64,000 bases of DNA, taken from the NCBI RefSeq assembly GCF_009914755.1, contig NC_060928.1. One strand, written 5' to 3'. Both the position numbers and the translations under genes were made by a program. The notes under the pieces are model-generated. The model saw only the letters and a list, made by a program, of their open reading frames with translations, was not told the origin of the DNA and made no database searches. The stretch comes from the human T2T-CHM13v2.0 reference genome, Homo sapiens. Positions 1-14,200 of the stretch are shown piece by piece; the first letter of the stretch is position 1; each line of letters opens with the position of its first letter.

Positions 1-110
1 GCTTCTCTGTCATGACAAAATACCTCCCAAAGTTTCACCTCCAAATACTAGCACTTTGGGGATTAGGGCTTTATTATATGAATTTTGTAAGGACACATAC
101 ATTCAGTCAA
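1..110 (-). mobile_element. MLT1 (MaLR) LTR fragment running off the window start
   Basis: ccaaatactagcactttggggattagggct...tatgaattttgtaaggacacatacattcagtc matches the reverse complement of the MLT1 LTR 5' end. Confidence 0.7.
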
Positions 111-1309
111 CTTCTCTAGGTTGGCATGGAGTTAGGAAAACCTACTCAGAATACAAAATAGTTCTAGGAGATGAGAATACTTCATAGAACTTTAAAAAGA
201 AAAGCTTCTAGAACTTCTTCTAAAGCATAAGTTTTCTTGAATGTATCTCATAAGTGATCCAAGAAAATCAGGTAGTATAAATTGAATATGGTAAATTATA
301 GTTGGCCTGAATTGAGGAGTTTGAAAAGGCGGTGGTTGAAATGTGAGTCTAAAGGTAATGTATCCACATTGTTTGGACTTTGAATCTTAAATATTTTTTC
401 TATGTTTTCTTCAAAAGCCAACAATAACAACAACAAAAAAAAATAGGAAGAATAATTATTTATGGCTCAAGGTGCTCAGATATAGCACTTTCTAGACTAA
501 TATAGCACATAAAAATGGCCAAATTCCTGGATATTTAATGTATATACCCTTATCATATCTCCATTTATTTAAGTACACAAGAAATGGCTCAAGATTTTTA
601 TGAGATTTATATGTGTAAATGTAGAAAATACAAACAAAAATGTAAATAGTGACAAAAACAAATTTTTTTCTCTGCCAGTTCTAAGTGGGAAAACAAAAAA
701 ACAAAAAGCCTTGAAATACCACTTGGATAGATTTCTGCAACTGTATTGCTATTCTTAACATGTTCCAGCTCCATCACAATCAATCCATTCTTGGTTGACT
801 CCTCATTCTTTTAGCAATTAACACAATTTATCAGGTTATGAATATGCAACAAAAATAACCCTTGACAGATTTTTCTTCATCCTGGTTATGAAACCAGGCT
901 TCATTTTTCCATATGGCATTCCAACTGCTGGCACAATTGTTTTATTTCACTTGGCATTGACTGCCCTATTACTGTCTTCCATTGCCTTTTCTTATCAGTG
1001 TGTGTCCAAATTAGCCATTTCTGCCACTTAAAGTGAAATTATTCAATCATTACATTTAAGAAACGACAAGAACTTTTGAGCAATTGGGTGAATTTTAAGC
1101 AAAAAGTTGAAATTAGATGTGGGCTGCATGACAATTCAATTGACATGAACACAGTATGAAAGTATCAATCTGGCTTTTAATGCATAAAATGCATAAACTT
1201 TTTTATTGTACAGATTCCATCTTGTATCATTGACATAAATAGTAAAGTTAAATGTAAAGAACAGAATAATTGCAAAAGGAGGTGTAAATCTGTTCTCTGT
1301 GGTGTTGAA

Positions 1310-1500
1310 AGCCAGCTCTCTAACCTTTGGCAAGCCGTAGAGCCCTTCTGTGTCTGAGTTTACTTACTGCACAATGAGCATGTAATGCCTGCTCTCTGCC
1401 TATTTATATTACAGGGATGAGAAGAAACTGAGTGAAGCAGGTGAAATGTTTCTGACTTCTTAGACATTCGGAACAATAAAAGCTGGGAATGCTGTAATTA
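1310..1500 (+). mobile_element. MIR/MIR3 SINE remnant
   Basis: degenerate MIR core: taacctttggcaag...cttctgtgtctgagtttacttactgcacaatgag. Confidence 0.5.
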
Positions 1501-2652
1501 TTAGTTTGGCATCATTGAAATAATATCAGACCACTTTGGTGCCTTTCATTTTATTTGACAAATTGATTTTTTTTAAGTATCGCTTTTAGATAAATATAAC
1601 TTTTAGCGAAATTTTAATCTCTTTGGAAGTTCACCTGTGCTAATTCCTTAAGTGTTTTAAAGTAAATGAGTTTTAGGGAATGTCTGGCTATCCTGAAGTG
1701 GACAAATTTTTAAAATTTTATTTTATTAAGGTTTAATACCATTTTAATAGTTTTGGTAAAAAATACAAAAGAATATCGTATAGACAATATTTGCAAATAC
1801 TGGAGCAAATATTAATGTCCGAAAGCTCCATATACATGACAGAAATATTGGTACAATAGACAAACAAAAATAAGTTTAAGAAAGGATATTATGAAAGAAG
1901 ACAGTATAATCTTAAAACTGGAATATCTCTAGTAAAATTACTATCTCTTGTAATACCGCTTTAAATAACAATAAAGCATACCCATGTTTGTGCATAAAAG
2001 GCTTTTTAGACATAGAATGGAATCTGCTCAATGAGCTCTGTAGCCTGTGAACAATTACAAGTATGCAAGAAGCTATGTCAGTCTACAGCAGCGCTTAACT
2101 AATATGAAATCTCATTGATAAACTACTCCTACAATCCACTGCCCCTTCCTTCTGCAATATTTCAGAATTCTGCTGTTACACGGTTATCTGACTTGATAGC
2201 TGCTAAACATCCATGTTATCACCGTATGCTGGGTAACACGCAATATTCAACACTTGCCATCCAATGATATAATGGGTCATACAGATTTTACATGTGTTCT
2301 CAAATGCCAGATTTTGTTTAGATTTAATGTTCCCTCCTGACCAGAGATTGAATTTGAAAGAGAGAAAATAGGCTCATACTTGAAAACCAAAACTTGACAG
2401 CTTTGTCTCCCTAAGAAATGTGCCTGTTCTGAAGTTCTTACTTCCTTTTTTTATTGCCTTCTTACCTGACTGGATAAAAAGTGCCTGGGAAGCAGGAAGC
2501 AGGTAAGAATGTGAGAGATTCACAGTATGTGCGTATTCCCTGATTACACGCACTGAACATCTACAGTTTCTTAGAATCTAAACTGGAAGCATCACACCCT
2601 TATCCAATTTAATTGTTTCCTCCACATTCTCAAACCTAAAATCTCCACTAGC

Positions 2653-2655
<3 letters not shown>

Positions 2656-2683
<28 letters not shown>

Positions 2684-2875
2684 GAGATGGAGTTTCATGT
2701 CAACCAGGCTGGAGTGCTGGGGTGCAGTGGCCAGATTTCAGCTCACTGCAACCGGGTTCAAGCTATTCTCCTTTCTCAGCCTCCTGAGTAGCTGGTACTA
2801 TGGCACGCACCACCATGCCTGGCTAATTTTTGTATTTTTAGTAGAGACAGGGATTTGCCACGTTGGTCAGGCTGG
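2656..2875 (-). mobile_element. 5'-truncated AluS
   Basis: poly-T, then gagatggagtttc...gctaatttttgtatttttagtagaga; small internal duplication (gctggagt/gctggggt) and deletion. Confidence 0.95.
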
Positions 2876-2969
2876 ATTCGTAAATTGTGTCATTTCCTAC
2901 AATTGCTTAGATGATAAAATATAGATAAAAGTAAATAAGAAGAAAATTTTAACAAGTTAACTATTTAGA

Positions 2970-3060
2970 GATGTATTGCTTGGGCAAATTCATGGGGCCT
3001 TTGTTTCCTCATCTGAAAATTTGAATATGACAAGTGTTTATCATGTTTAAGAATGAGAGT
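2970..3060 (+). mobile_element. MIR core fragment
   Basis: ttgggcaaatt...gcctttgtttcctcatctgaaaat. Confidence 0.55.
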
Positions 3061-3127
3061 CTTCTCTTTTTAAAAATAATCTATCTTGTTAGAGTTTAGC
3101 TGTCAAATATTCAAGTGAAATTTAATA

Positions 3128-3185
3128 AGAAGAGAAAGAAAGAAGGAAAGGAAGAAAGGAAGGAAGAAACGAAAGAGGAAAAAAG
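3128..3185. repeat. GA-rich low-complexity repeat
   Basis: (GAAA/GAAG)n run. Confidence 0.85.
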
Positions 3186-6100
3186 ACCTGCAATGATCTA
3201 ATAAATCATGAGCATAACACCCTAATGTGTTTACAGTCTTAGAGCAATATACTGGACGTTGAACCATGTGGCTACTTGAGGATCGTGAGAATGAGGTATA
3301 AGGTATATATGACAGAAGGTGGCTGAGAGTTAATTAGAACAAACTTCAAGAATGTCCGTGCCTCATCTTAAGTCATGAGTATAATTTGAAACTCAGCATA
3401 GTTCCAATAAAGAGAGAAAATACCCTATCATCTCAACAAAAACGTGGATTACATTACAACACGTTTTTTACCAAAGGGGACAATTTTTCATTACTTAACA
3501 CTAAAGTGCTGAAACCATTAGTGTACCCTTTTAGACTTAAAATAAACATGTGTATTATGTGCCTATATCTCCCAATGGAGATCACAAATGGTGTCACATT
3601 GCACTGTGGATCCATTAGTAACATAATGGCATCCAACCACAGGATTTGCTAATGGTTTAAATTGGAAAGCAGATTTTTATTTTCTTCAGTTCAAAAGAGA
3701 GAGAGAGAGAGAAAAAGGAAAATAGTAAGAAATGAAAGGAAAGGAAGAAGAAAGAAAATCTTCCCCTCTTGTTCCTTTTACGTCCATAGTCAGCTTAAAA
3801 TTTTGTTTCTGTTGAGTAATTCAGGATATGACACTTTAAGAAAAAATGAATGAATCAGAAGACCCAGTATTTTAAACCGTTGTCTAGCATATAAAATTTA
3901 ATAAAGGTTAGAGCCCATGTAAAATCATTTAACAAAATGTTTTTTTCTGATTAGACAAAGGAGAACTGTAACATTTTAAAACTGGGGCATGTGACCTAAT
4001 TTTGGATAGATGTCTCAGGACATGCAAAAGCCTGTTTTTATAAATCATGTACAGAAAAAGCTAATTGGCTTCTCAGTGACTTACAATATCATCCTTATAG
4101 CAAAATTGCTGTAATTACTAGAAGGAAAAGGGGAGGTGGAAACTTTATAGTAATGAAAGATGTGAACAACTCTATTTCTAGAAAAAGGAAAAATAATTCT
4201 AGGGAAAGGTGTCAAGTATTAAAATAACATATAAAGAATTCTCTATTTTCTTACTGTGTTTTGAGAGGATATAAAAAATAAGAGATAGGACATGATTAAA
4301 ATGTATTACACTGCAACTAAAGCATGGCTCTCTCTGACTGCTAATACGGCATGCAGGATACTTAAAAGGAAATTTGTCGGGGAGATTTCTGGCTCACAGG
4401 TATTGTTTTTTTAACATAGAAATCAGAATTTTTCTAAGAAACCTAGCTTCATTCTTGGTTACTGAATAGTGTCCTAAGGCCACCAAGCTCCATTAAACCC
4501 CTCTGTCTTGTTTTAAGAGCTCTGCTGAGAATAGTAATTCTGATCATTATTTTCTTAGGGAAATATAGGCATATGTTCACTCATTCTGCCATGTTGCACT
4601 TAAGTGATTAAAAATTCATGTTCCAAGTAAGAAGCTGTTAAGCAGCTAATTATTTATTCTGTTTACAAGATATGCCCCAACTGGTTAGGGAAAATGGATG
4701 CTAGGGGCTGAAGAAAGCATTAAATACATTTAGGGTGAGAAGGCCAACCTGCCTCCTGGTGGGTATATTACCAAGTGGTACAAATTGAAAGAGTGCCTTA
4801 AGCAAACAAACCACCCATTAAATAAATGGATTATTCATTTTAGGAAGACATGAAGTATCTTTTACCTCTTAATAATCACACACACAAAATCTACTTGAAA
4901 TTCATTGTCAGAGAAACTCAATTCATTATATACCCAAAGCTAGCTTTTTGAATGGAAGAATATTTTTGAAATTAAAGGGATATCATAGTAATGTTAACAA
5001 AGAGAAAAAAGGTAGACTTAAAATATATTTTTTAAATCTCATATGAAAAGTATGCACACTAAACAAATGTCTAGAATGAAATTGGGAATCATCCCTAAAA
5101 ATTGCTAATCAAATACATTTTTAGAAAGCCCTTAAAATTAGTAAGGTGGATATTATTGGGATACCTGACACAGGCAGTATGAAGAAATACATTTATATCC
5201 TGTGAAATTAATTCAGTAACAATGTCAATTGTCACATAGTACTTATGACTTGCATAAAGGATATACAGGCTATAGAAATGATAATAAAATGTGGTGTGAA
5301 GTACACATGAATATGATGTATAAAGTCACCACTGGGTTTTGAGAAGCCTATTCTAAAGAAAAAAGGGCCTGAATTGAAATATGAGCTGAAAAGGTGATCT
5401 CAGAATCCAGAAATACCTAAATGACCATTTCATGAACTTTCAATTTTCCAACTTCTGTTAGAATGCTGAATGTCTCTGGAGTAAGCTTTCTGCAGCTAAA
5501 TTTTAGATATTTCTAAATGAATATATGAGTAAATGTTTATTGAGACTGTCAGGAGAATAGGTCATTCTCATTAATGAAATAAACCTAGTTAACAAACATC
5601 ATATAATTTACAATTTCCAAAAAGTTTTATATAATAAAATATATGTACATAAACCATTATAATAAAAGACAATATGTTATATTTTTGGTAATTTAAAACA
5701 TGTTTTCATATTAATATTATGGGTGTGTATTAGCATTGTACTACATTATTTTTTGCAATTAAATTAATAATACAGAATAGACTTTATTACCTATGGTTTT
5801 CTTTTAGATTCTACAATTTAAGGCTGCTACCTTTTGTTATTTTTGATGATGTAATAACCCATAGACTTTTATAATTAAAAAAAAACTGATCCAGGTCTTA
5901 TGACAACTCTCAATATTCCAGTCATTTTGTCACTTATAGGTTTGTTTATGATTTTTATTTCCCAACAATAACCAGGCTGATAGAACATAAAATGCAAATA
6001 TATTATTTAAAATCATAATCACAAATCTTCTATGTATAAATGTTTTGCTTCTTGCATCATCTTGTTCCATTTATTTTTTCAGTGTTACAGCTCCATAGGG

Positions 6101-6344
6101 TCTCCATACGCTTTTTATACTTCGTGCTTACATGTTTACAACCTGCAAAGCATTTATTACAACTCATTGAATGTTCACCTTTCATTAATGTATTTAACCT
6201 GCCATTAAATTCTACTTGCCTGCAAAACAAATACCATTGCTTAAGTGATTAAATGAGAGGTATAACAAATAAAAATATCAAACTAATATTTTCATTTTTA
6301 TGGAGCTTAATGCTATACTAATTTCTCCCTTAATCACCTAGAAT

Positions 6345-6435
6345 AGTAGTTGAAAAAATACAGCCTCAAGGCCAAATACAGCCACTATCTGTTTTTGTAA
6401 ATTCAGTACAGTTTTATTGAAACATTGTTATACAT
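6345..6435. mobile_element. MER58-like hAT-Charlie DNA transposon fragment
   Basis: ggccaaatacagccactatctgtttttgtaaa...gttttattgaaaca. Confidence 0.6.
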
Positions 6436-6917
6436 GGGTCTCAACCAAAATGGTGAAAAATAACCTCCAGGCCTAATGCCTGGTAGTGCGTAACAATGTA
6501 CTTATTGGGGGCTTATGAATGGCCAGGTATGACAGTCGCTGATGTACTTTGATCATTTTAGACAAACTTTTAAATTATTATCTCAGCGTTTGCTATAGGG
6601 ATATTAATATACATCTTAGCATCATATTCTACATAGAAAATCTGTGCTTTGTTCAATTATTTTATATTTATATCTACATCTACATTTACATCCATATCCA
6701 TATCTACAGCTAATTTCTACATTAGTATGTCCTAAAACACACAGCCCTGGAATGTGTAGGTAATGGAGAAGCAGCAGAATGTGCCTGAAGCTAGTCTTTA
6801 AAAAATTCTCCCAAATTTAGATATTCAAAATTATAAATAAAAACTTGCTTCTTACAATTGCTTAGTAAAAATGGAAGTTCTCTTCTGCTAGAAAGATATT
6901 TGATTACGCAGTCCCCA

Positions 6918-7146
6918 TAACTCATGACCCCAAATTTAACAATATAACTTTCTCAACTTTTAAAGGATAAGAGTTTTCTGTTGGTCTTAGGAACCAAAAA
7001 CATTGGTGCAACTCCAAATAAAAGTAATAAATGTATTTTCTTCCCTTACTATAACTTCCCTAGTCCTTCTAATTACTCCAATAGTTATTACCTCTACTAA
7101 TATTTATAAAGGCAGCTTAAACCCTATATACCCCTTATATATACAA
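6918..7146 (+). pseudogene. NUMT: 3' part of mt-tRNA-Ser(AGY), whole mt-tRNA-Leu(CUN), 5' end of ND5
   Basis: taactcatgacccc...ctttctca (Ser), then acttttaaaggata...ccaaataaaagta (Leu), then ATA-started frame MNVFSSLTMTSLVLLITPMVITSTNIYKGSLNPMYPLY (mito code); vertebrate mtDNA gene order. Confidence 0.92.
6956..7026 (+). pseudogene. Nuclear copy of mitochondrial tRNA-Leu(CUN), anticodon TAG
   Basis: 71 nt; acceptor stem ACTTTTA/TAAAAGT, anticodon TAG at 6988-6990, ttggtgcaactccaa T-arm. Confidence 0.9.
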
Positions 7147-7989
7147 TAATAAATGCTCAGTACACCATTTTACAGTAATAAAAATGATGAAATAATGCTA
7201 AAGATGATCTCTTCTCATATTACAAAATGTTTCATTTACAATTAAAAATTGTACATTACAAAATGCAAACTTTAAATTTTATAATTACAAAATTATTGTC
7301 AAATAAAGAGGTGATCAAAGAACCCAAATCAAAATATAGAATGAAGTTGTTATACAAATGTGTCAAGGAGTTAAGAACAGCGATTTTTTTCCAATTTAGA
7401 GCTGCTGGTTGCACTGGCAGATTTTTGAAAGAAAGGGAAGCCACCTCTGTGAGACTAGCAGAGTAGAGACATATCAGCATGATGAGAATACCTATTCCTC
7501 TGTGCTATCATGCAAAACAATATTTCTCTAACTTTGATTCCAAAATTGAACAAGTGTGCATTCATTGTTCTGGTTGAACCTTTTCCCTTTGGTTTTATTT
7601 AAATTACAAATTTACCTGTTATAAATGAAAGAAAAAGATCATCGATAATTTGATATGAATTACATTATCATGTCATTGGTTTTATTTATTCATTTATTTA
7701 TATTTGTTTCTTATGATTTGTTTCAAATAATAGGGTAATATGAAATTAACAGGGAAAAAAATGGTTAGGAAATAGTAAATATAAAAATAATGGGTAGAGT
7801 GGAGGTATTAAAGAAATATTATTACCTACTATATTTTTGCCTAAATTGATTTTTTGACTTTAGAATTCTATAACATCTTGACAATGCTTTAAATTTGTAA
7901 CCTAACTACAAAATATTTGCTTATTCTATTCAAAATTATAGTATATCTCATATATTCCAGTAGTAACTTCTAAGGAATTTAAATTAACA

Positions 7990-8140
7990 TTAGTATAAAT
8001 TCCAGTGAGTTTAATAAGTTCTCACTTTTACAAATGAAGAATTTTAGGCAAATAAATATTTTATTCAGATTCTTACAGCAAGTTGAGGACAGAGCAAGAA
8101 TAGAGTTGATATCTCTCAGTACTGGTGCTTGGGCTGCAAA
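7990..8140 (-). mobile_element. MIR remnant
   Basis: ctcacttttacaaatgaagaattttaggc...cagcaagttgaggacagagc. Confidence 0.6.
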
Positions 8141-10524
8141 ATTTGTGCCCGGGGAAAGGTCTTGAACTATTACATTTGTCTTAGGCTTAACCTCAGTTAT
8201 ATCACACCTTGCCATTTTCTTCCTCTTACTAAACTGGCACAAATCTTCCTCTAAAAGTTTCTCATGCCAATTATTTACAACATGATAATAGTAGCAAAAG
8301 GTTTAGATTATTTTCTTTAGACTTATTTTTAACTTTACAAATGTAGAAACAGTAATATAGATGAAAAGTTGATGAGGGTTATTACTTTGGACATAAACTT
8401 TTTTAGGGAGAAAACTGCAGAGTATCTAAGCTCTCTGGAGACATAATAAAAATAGACTAAATGACACTTTCGTATTTTCTCAGACTCTCCAAGTCTCCTT
8501 GGGAGAACACTTTGTCCTTTTTAAAAACTCATATTTTTACTTCACAGTCTCCAATTATTAAAGGAGAAATTGTGCTTACTAGGTGAAACTAAAACATAGA
8601 AACATTAAAGTTGAAATCTGCAACATTGGTTGAAGAGTAATTGCATACACACACATTTATATCTGTTTCTGTACAGCAGTGTATTAAGGTGTTGAGTACA
8701 TTAATACGTTATAAAAACAGACTAGTAATCAAGTTATTTTAAGGAGTTGAATGCTAAGTGCAATAAATGTACTGCATAAAATTAATTATTTGGCATTCAT
8801 TTCAAAGTAAAACTATGTAAGATATTCTTGATTTTCAAAATATTCTGCTTGGGAGACTTTATATTTACCTAAACAACTTTGTCCCTCTCAAAAAGTGTTT
8901 TAAAGTTACTACGATGTATTTTTTTTTTCATTTCAGAAATTATGACACATTCTTTTGAACATCATTAGTAATAGAAAGTATACATTTATCTATAATGAGT
9001 TAGTTTTGAAAACATTATTGAGAGTCAACTTTAATAAATGTATGACTATTGAACAGCCTAATATTAGTTTGGCACTGAAATGCAGGGCGTTTTTTTAAGA
9101 CTCTGAAAGCAATTTATTGAAGAATCCCTTCCCAATACCAAAATTAGATACATTAAGCAAGCACATTATTATTAAAATGGGTCTGTAACTTTGGAAAGTT
9201 GCTACTTTGTAGCAAGATTCTAATGTAAAGTTTAGCTGGGAAATAACAGGCAGATTTATACAATAATTCTAATGGCTCTATCATGGGTTTCTTTGTGCCA
9301 GTAGATCTTGTTCATGCTGTTCACTGTATATGTTTATATTCATACTGTATTCTTAACATGTTTACTTTTCATTTCAGCACTTATTAGGAAAAATAGAAAC
9401 AAAAATTTGAATGTCTCCTCTACAGCTTTATAGTATACTCATTAGATTTTAAGTGTCTCAAAATAGAGGGAAAATTTAAACCAAATCAAGGCCAAAATAG
9501 AAATGAATTAAATTAATTAATTAAAAAATACTACAAATATTCTTTTTCAATAAGTCCTTTGTTAGTATTAATTAGTCAAAATTTTAAATATATTAACTAT
9601 AAAATAACAAAATTATGTACATATAGTAGAATAACAGAATAATAAATTAATTTAAAGCTAATTTATATGTACTGTATATAACAAAAATTAACTCTAGTAA
9701 GTTCCTTTGACAATAGTTAAATTAACTGCAGGACTACCAATAGCAACATGTCAGTGATATATGCCAGGTATTCAGATGATTTTTACCTAACGGATAAGAT
9801 GCTAGATCTAGATTTCAGCTCTTCTCTTGTTTTTTTTTTTGTTTGTTTGTTTGTTTACAAATCAATGTAATGGAGGCCTCTGGGAATATCTGCAGTTTCT
9901 TTTGCCTGCAGATGTCTGCCGCCTCTGATATGTTGTTAATTAATCTCTAGCTAGAGAATATTGTTTCAGTGGTGAGTTAAAAGTTTTAAGTCAGAGAAAC
10001 AATTTTCATATTAAAGTGATATAGTGAAAAGTAATGGCAATTACTGAAAGTTTTGCAAATTTCAAAACTGGTGAAAATTCCAAGAAATTAATAATTTGAG
10101 TGAACTGGCTCAATTTTCTCTCCTTTAAGGAGACTTTCTGGAATACAGATGAGAAATTTTGTGCATGCAAGCATAGTTGTGTTTATATATATGTGTATGC
10201 ATTTTGTTTCCTCTTATAGACATTATTTAAGTGCTAGCTTATTGGCACTTGACACTCATGCTCTAAATATGTTACTGTAAATGAGAGGTGAATGGTTTTA
10301 ATGGTCCAGTAAATCTCATAGGTCCTGATATAGCAAAGAAAACTTTGCAGTTAAAGCAAATACTTCTGACTGAAATGGCAGATAGAAGCTTTCTACCATC
10401 ATTCCTCATAGAAGCACTGACTTTAGCAACTTTCCATGTACAAGAACACCTTTGTGTGAGTCTTGGAGTCCAGCAGGGACGTTCTAGCATGCGCTATTGG
10501 AAGAGTATTAGGGTGTTAATTGGT

Positions 10525-11287
10525 AACATAAAACACATGAAAGTATAAAATTCCCTGGCAAATGGATACTTAGTATACATTTCAGAATAATACTGTAATG
10601 GCGGCATGTAAATCACATATAACTAGCATGAAGGTTAAAAACTAAAAGTATTAAAAATAACTATAACTACAATAATTGGTTAACGGATATACAATATAAG
10701 AAGATGTAAACTGTAACATCAAAACATTAAATAGGGCGAGGAGTAAAAGCTGGAGTATTTGTATGCAATCAAAGTTAAGTTGCTATCTGCTTTAAAAAGA
10801 GAATAATGATTACAACATGTTTTGCATAAGACTCATGATAACCACAAAGAAAAAACTAACATTAGGTACACAAAAATAAATGAGAAAGGAATCATAGCAT
10901 ACCACTACAAAAAATAATCAAATCAAACCAAAAGAAGAAAACAAGAGAGGAAGAAAGCAACAAAGGATCTACAAAATAGCCAGGAAACAATTCACAAAAT
11001 GACAATAGTAAGTTCTTACCTATCAGTAATTACCTGAATGTACATGGATTAAATTCTCTAGTGAAAAGACATACAAGAGCAGAATGAATTAAATAAAAAT
11101 GCTCAACTATATTCTGCCTACAAGAGATTCACTTCACCACTTAACCAAACAAATAGACTCTAAGTGAAAGGATGCAAAAAGATATTTGATGCAAATGGGA
11201 AACAAAATAGAGTGGGGGTAGTTATACTTCTATCAGACAATCTAGACTTTAAGCAAAAAACTGTATAAAGAGACAAAGAAGGTTATT
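10525..11287 (+). mobile_element. Old L1 (L1MA8-10-like), left piece: inter-ORF spacer and ORF2 endonuclease start
   Basis: decayed ORF2 start near 10999 (atgacaatagtaagt...), ends at agagacaaagaaggttatt; continues collinearly at ~17345. Confidence 0.85.
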
Positions 11288-14200
11288 TTTTAAACTTTTA
11301 TTTTAGGTTTAATAGTACATGTGCAGGTTTGTTGTATAGATAGCTTGTATGTCAGGAATTTGGTGTACGGATTATTTTGTCACCCAGGTAATAAGCATAG
11401 TACCTGATAGGTAGTTTTTTGATTCTCACCCTCTTCTGACCTTCAACCCTCAAGTAGGCTCCAGTGTCTCTTGCTTTTTTCTTTGTGTCTATGTGTACTC
11501 AATATTTCACTCCCACTTATAAATGAGAATATGCAGTGTTTGGCTTTGTGTTCCTGTGTTAGTTCTCTTAGGATAATGGCTTCCAGCTTTATCTATGTTG
11601 CTACAAAGGACATGATCTTGTTCTTTTTATGGCTGAATAGTATTCCATGCTACATACATATACCACAATTTTTTTTATCCAGTCCAATGTTCATGAACAT
11701 TGAGGTTGATTCCATGTTTTTGTTACTGTAAATAGTGCTACAATAAACATACGCATGCATGTGTCTTTATGGTAGAACAATTTATATTCCTTTGGGTATA
11801 TACCCAACAATGAGATTGGTGGGTCAAATGGTAGTTCTTTGAGAAATGTCAAACTGCTTTCCACAGTGGCTGAAATAATTAAGTTCATAAGGTAGGGTAT
11901 AAGCATTATCTTTGCTCCATAGCCTTGCCAGCATCTGTTGTTTTTTTGACTTCTAAATTATAGCCATTCTGACTGGTGTAAAATGGCATCTTATTGTGGT
12001 TTTGGTTTATATTTCTCTGATGATTAGTGATATAGAACATATTCTCCTGTGCTTGTTGGCTACAGGTATGTCTTCTTTTGAAAAGTGTCTGTTCATGTAT
12101 TTTGCTCATGTTTTAATGGAGTTGTTTTGTTTGTAAATTTAAGTTTCTTATAGATGTTGGATATTAGATTGTTGTTGGATGCAAAGTTTGCAAATATATT
12201 TTTTCCCATTTTGTAGATTGTCTGTTTACTCTGTTAATAGTTTATTTGTGTCAAAACTCTTTAGTTTAATTAGGTCCTATTTTTCAATGTTTCTTTTTGT
12301 TGCAATTGCACTTTTGGCATGCTTGTAATAAAATTTTTGTCAGAGCCTATGTTCAGAATATTATTTCTTAAGTTATATTCCAGGGTTTTTATACTTGGAG
12401 GTTTTACATTTAAGTCTTTAATCCATCTTGAATTAGCTTTTGTATATGGTGTAAGGAAGGGGTCTCATTACAGTCTTCTGCATATGGCTATCCAGTGATC
12501 CTAGTACCATTTATTGAATAGGAAGTCCTTTCCACACTGCTTGTATCTGTCAACTTTTTTGAAAATCAGTCAGTTGTCAGTGTGTAGCTTTATTTCTGGG
12601 CTCTCTGTTCTGTTCCAGTGGTCTATGTGTCTGTTTTCATACCAGCACAATGCTGTTTTTGCTACTATAACCTTATAGTATAGTCTGAAGCTGGGTAGTG
12701 TGATGCTGGTGGCTTTGTTCATTTTGCTTAGGATTGCCTTGGCTATTTGAGATCTTTTATGTTCCAGATTTATTTATTTATTTATTTATTTATTTATTTT
12801 GAGATGAAGTCTTTCTCTGTTGCCCAGGCTGGAGTGCAGTAGTGCGATCTCGGTTAACTGCAACCTCCTCCTCATGGATTCAAGTGATTCTTCTGCCTCA
12901 GCTTCCTGAGTAGCTGGGACTAAGGCATGCGCCACCACACCCGGCTAATTTTTGTATTTTTAGTAGAGACAGAGTTTCACCGTGTTAGGCAGGCTGGTCT
13001 CAAACTCCCGACCTCGTGCTCTGCCCACCTCAGTGCTGGGATTACAGGCCCGAGCCACCATGCCTGGTGGTTCCAGGTAAATTTTAAGATAACTTTTCCT
13101 AATTCTGTGAAGAACATCATTAGTTGAACGATAGGAATAGAACTGAACATACAAATTGCTTTGAGCAGTATGGCTATTTTAATAATATTGATTCTTTTTA
13201 GCCATGATCATGGACTGTTTCTCCATTTGTTTGTGTCATCTCTGATTTCTTTGATCAATCTTTTATAATTCTAATTGTAGAGATCTTTCACCTCCTTGGT
13301 TAGCTGTATTCCCAACTATTTTATTTTCCTTGTACTATTGTGAATGAGATTGTGTTATTGATTTGGCTCTCAGCTTGAATGTTGTTGGTGTAATAAAAAT
13401 GCTACTAATTTTTTACACTGATTTTATATCCCGAAACTCTGCTGAAGTTGTGTTTCAGATCTAGTAGCTTTTGGGAAGACAGTATGGGGTGTTCTAGGTA
13501 TACATTCATATTATTGCAAACAGAGATAGTTTGACTTCCTCTCCTCCTATGTAGATGCCGTTTTTTGTTTGTTTGTTTGTTTTGTTTCTATTGCCTGATT
13601 TATCTAAGACTTCCTGTACTATGTTGAAGAGGAGTGGTGAGTTGACATCATTGTTTTGTTCTGGTTCTTAAGGGGAATGCTTCCAGCGTTTTCCATTCAG
13701 TAAGATGTTGGCAGTGGTTTTGTCATAGATTCCTTTCATTATGTTGAGGTATGTTCCTTCAATGTCTTGTTTGTTGAGGGTTTTTAGTGTGAAAGATATT
13801 GAATTTCATCATAAGTCTTTTCTGTATCTATTGAGGTGATCATATGATTTTTATTTTTTGTTCTGTTTATGTGATGAATTATGTTTATTGATCTGCATAT
13901 GTAGAATCAATCTTACATCCCAGGGATAAATGCTACTCGATTGTGGTGAATTAGCTTTTTGATGTGCTACTGTATTCAGTTTGCTAGTATTTTGCTGAAT
14001 ATTTTTACACCAATGTTCATCAATAATATTGGCCTGAAGTTTTTTGTTGTTCTTGTTCTGTCTCTGCCAGGTTTTGGTATCAGGATAATGCTTACCTTAT
14101 AGAATGGGTTAGGTAGGAGTCACTCCTCCTCATTTTTTTTTTTGGAATAGTTTTAGTAGGAATGGTACCAGCTCTTTCTTATACACCTGGTAGAATTTTG

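Noticed and set aside
6956-7026. Functional tRNA-Leu gene
   Set aside because: Mitochondrial-type sequence embedded in a decayed NUMT with D-arm mismatches; not a nuclear Pol III tRNA
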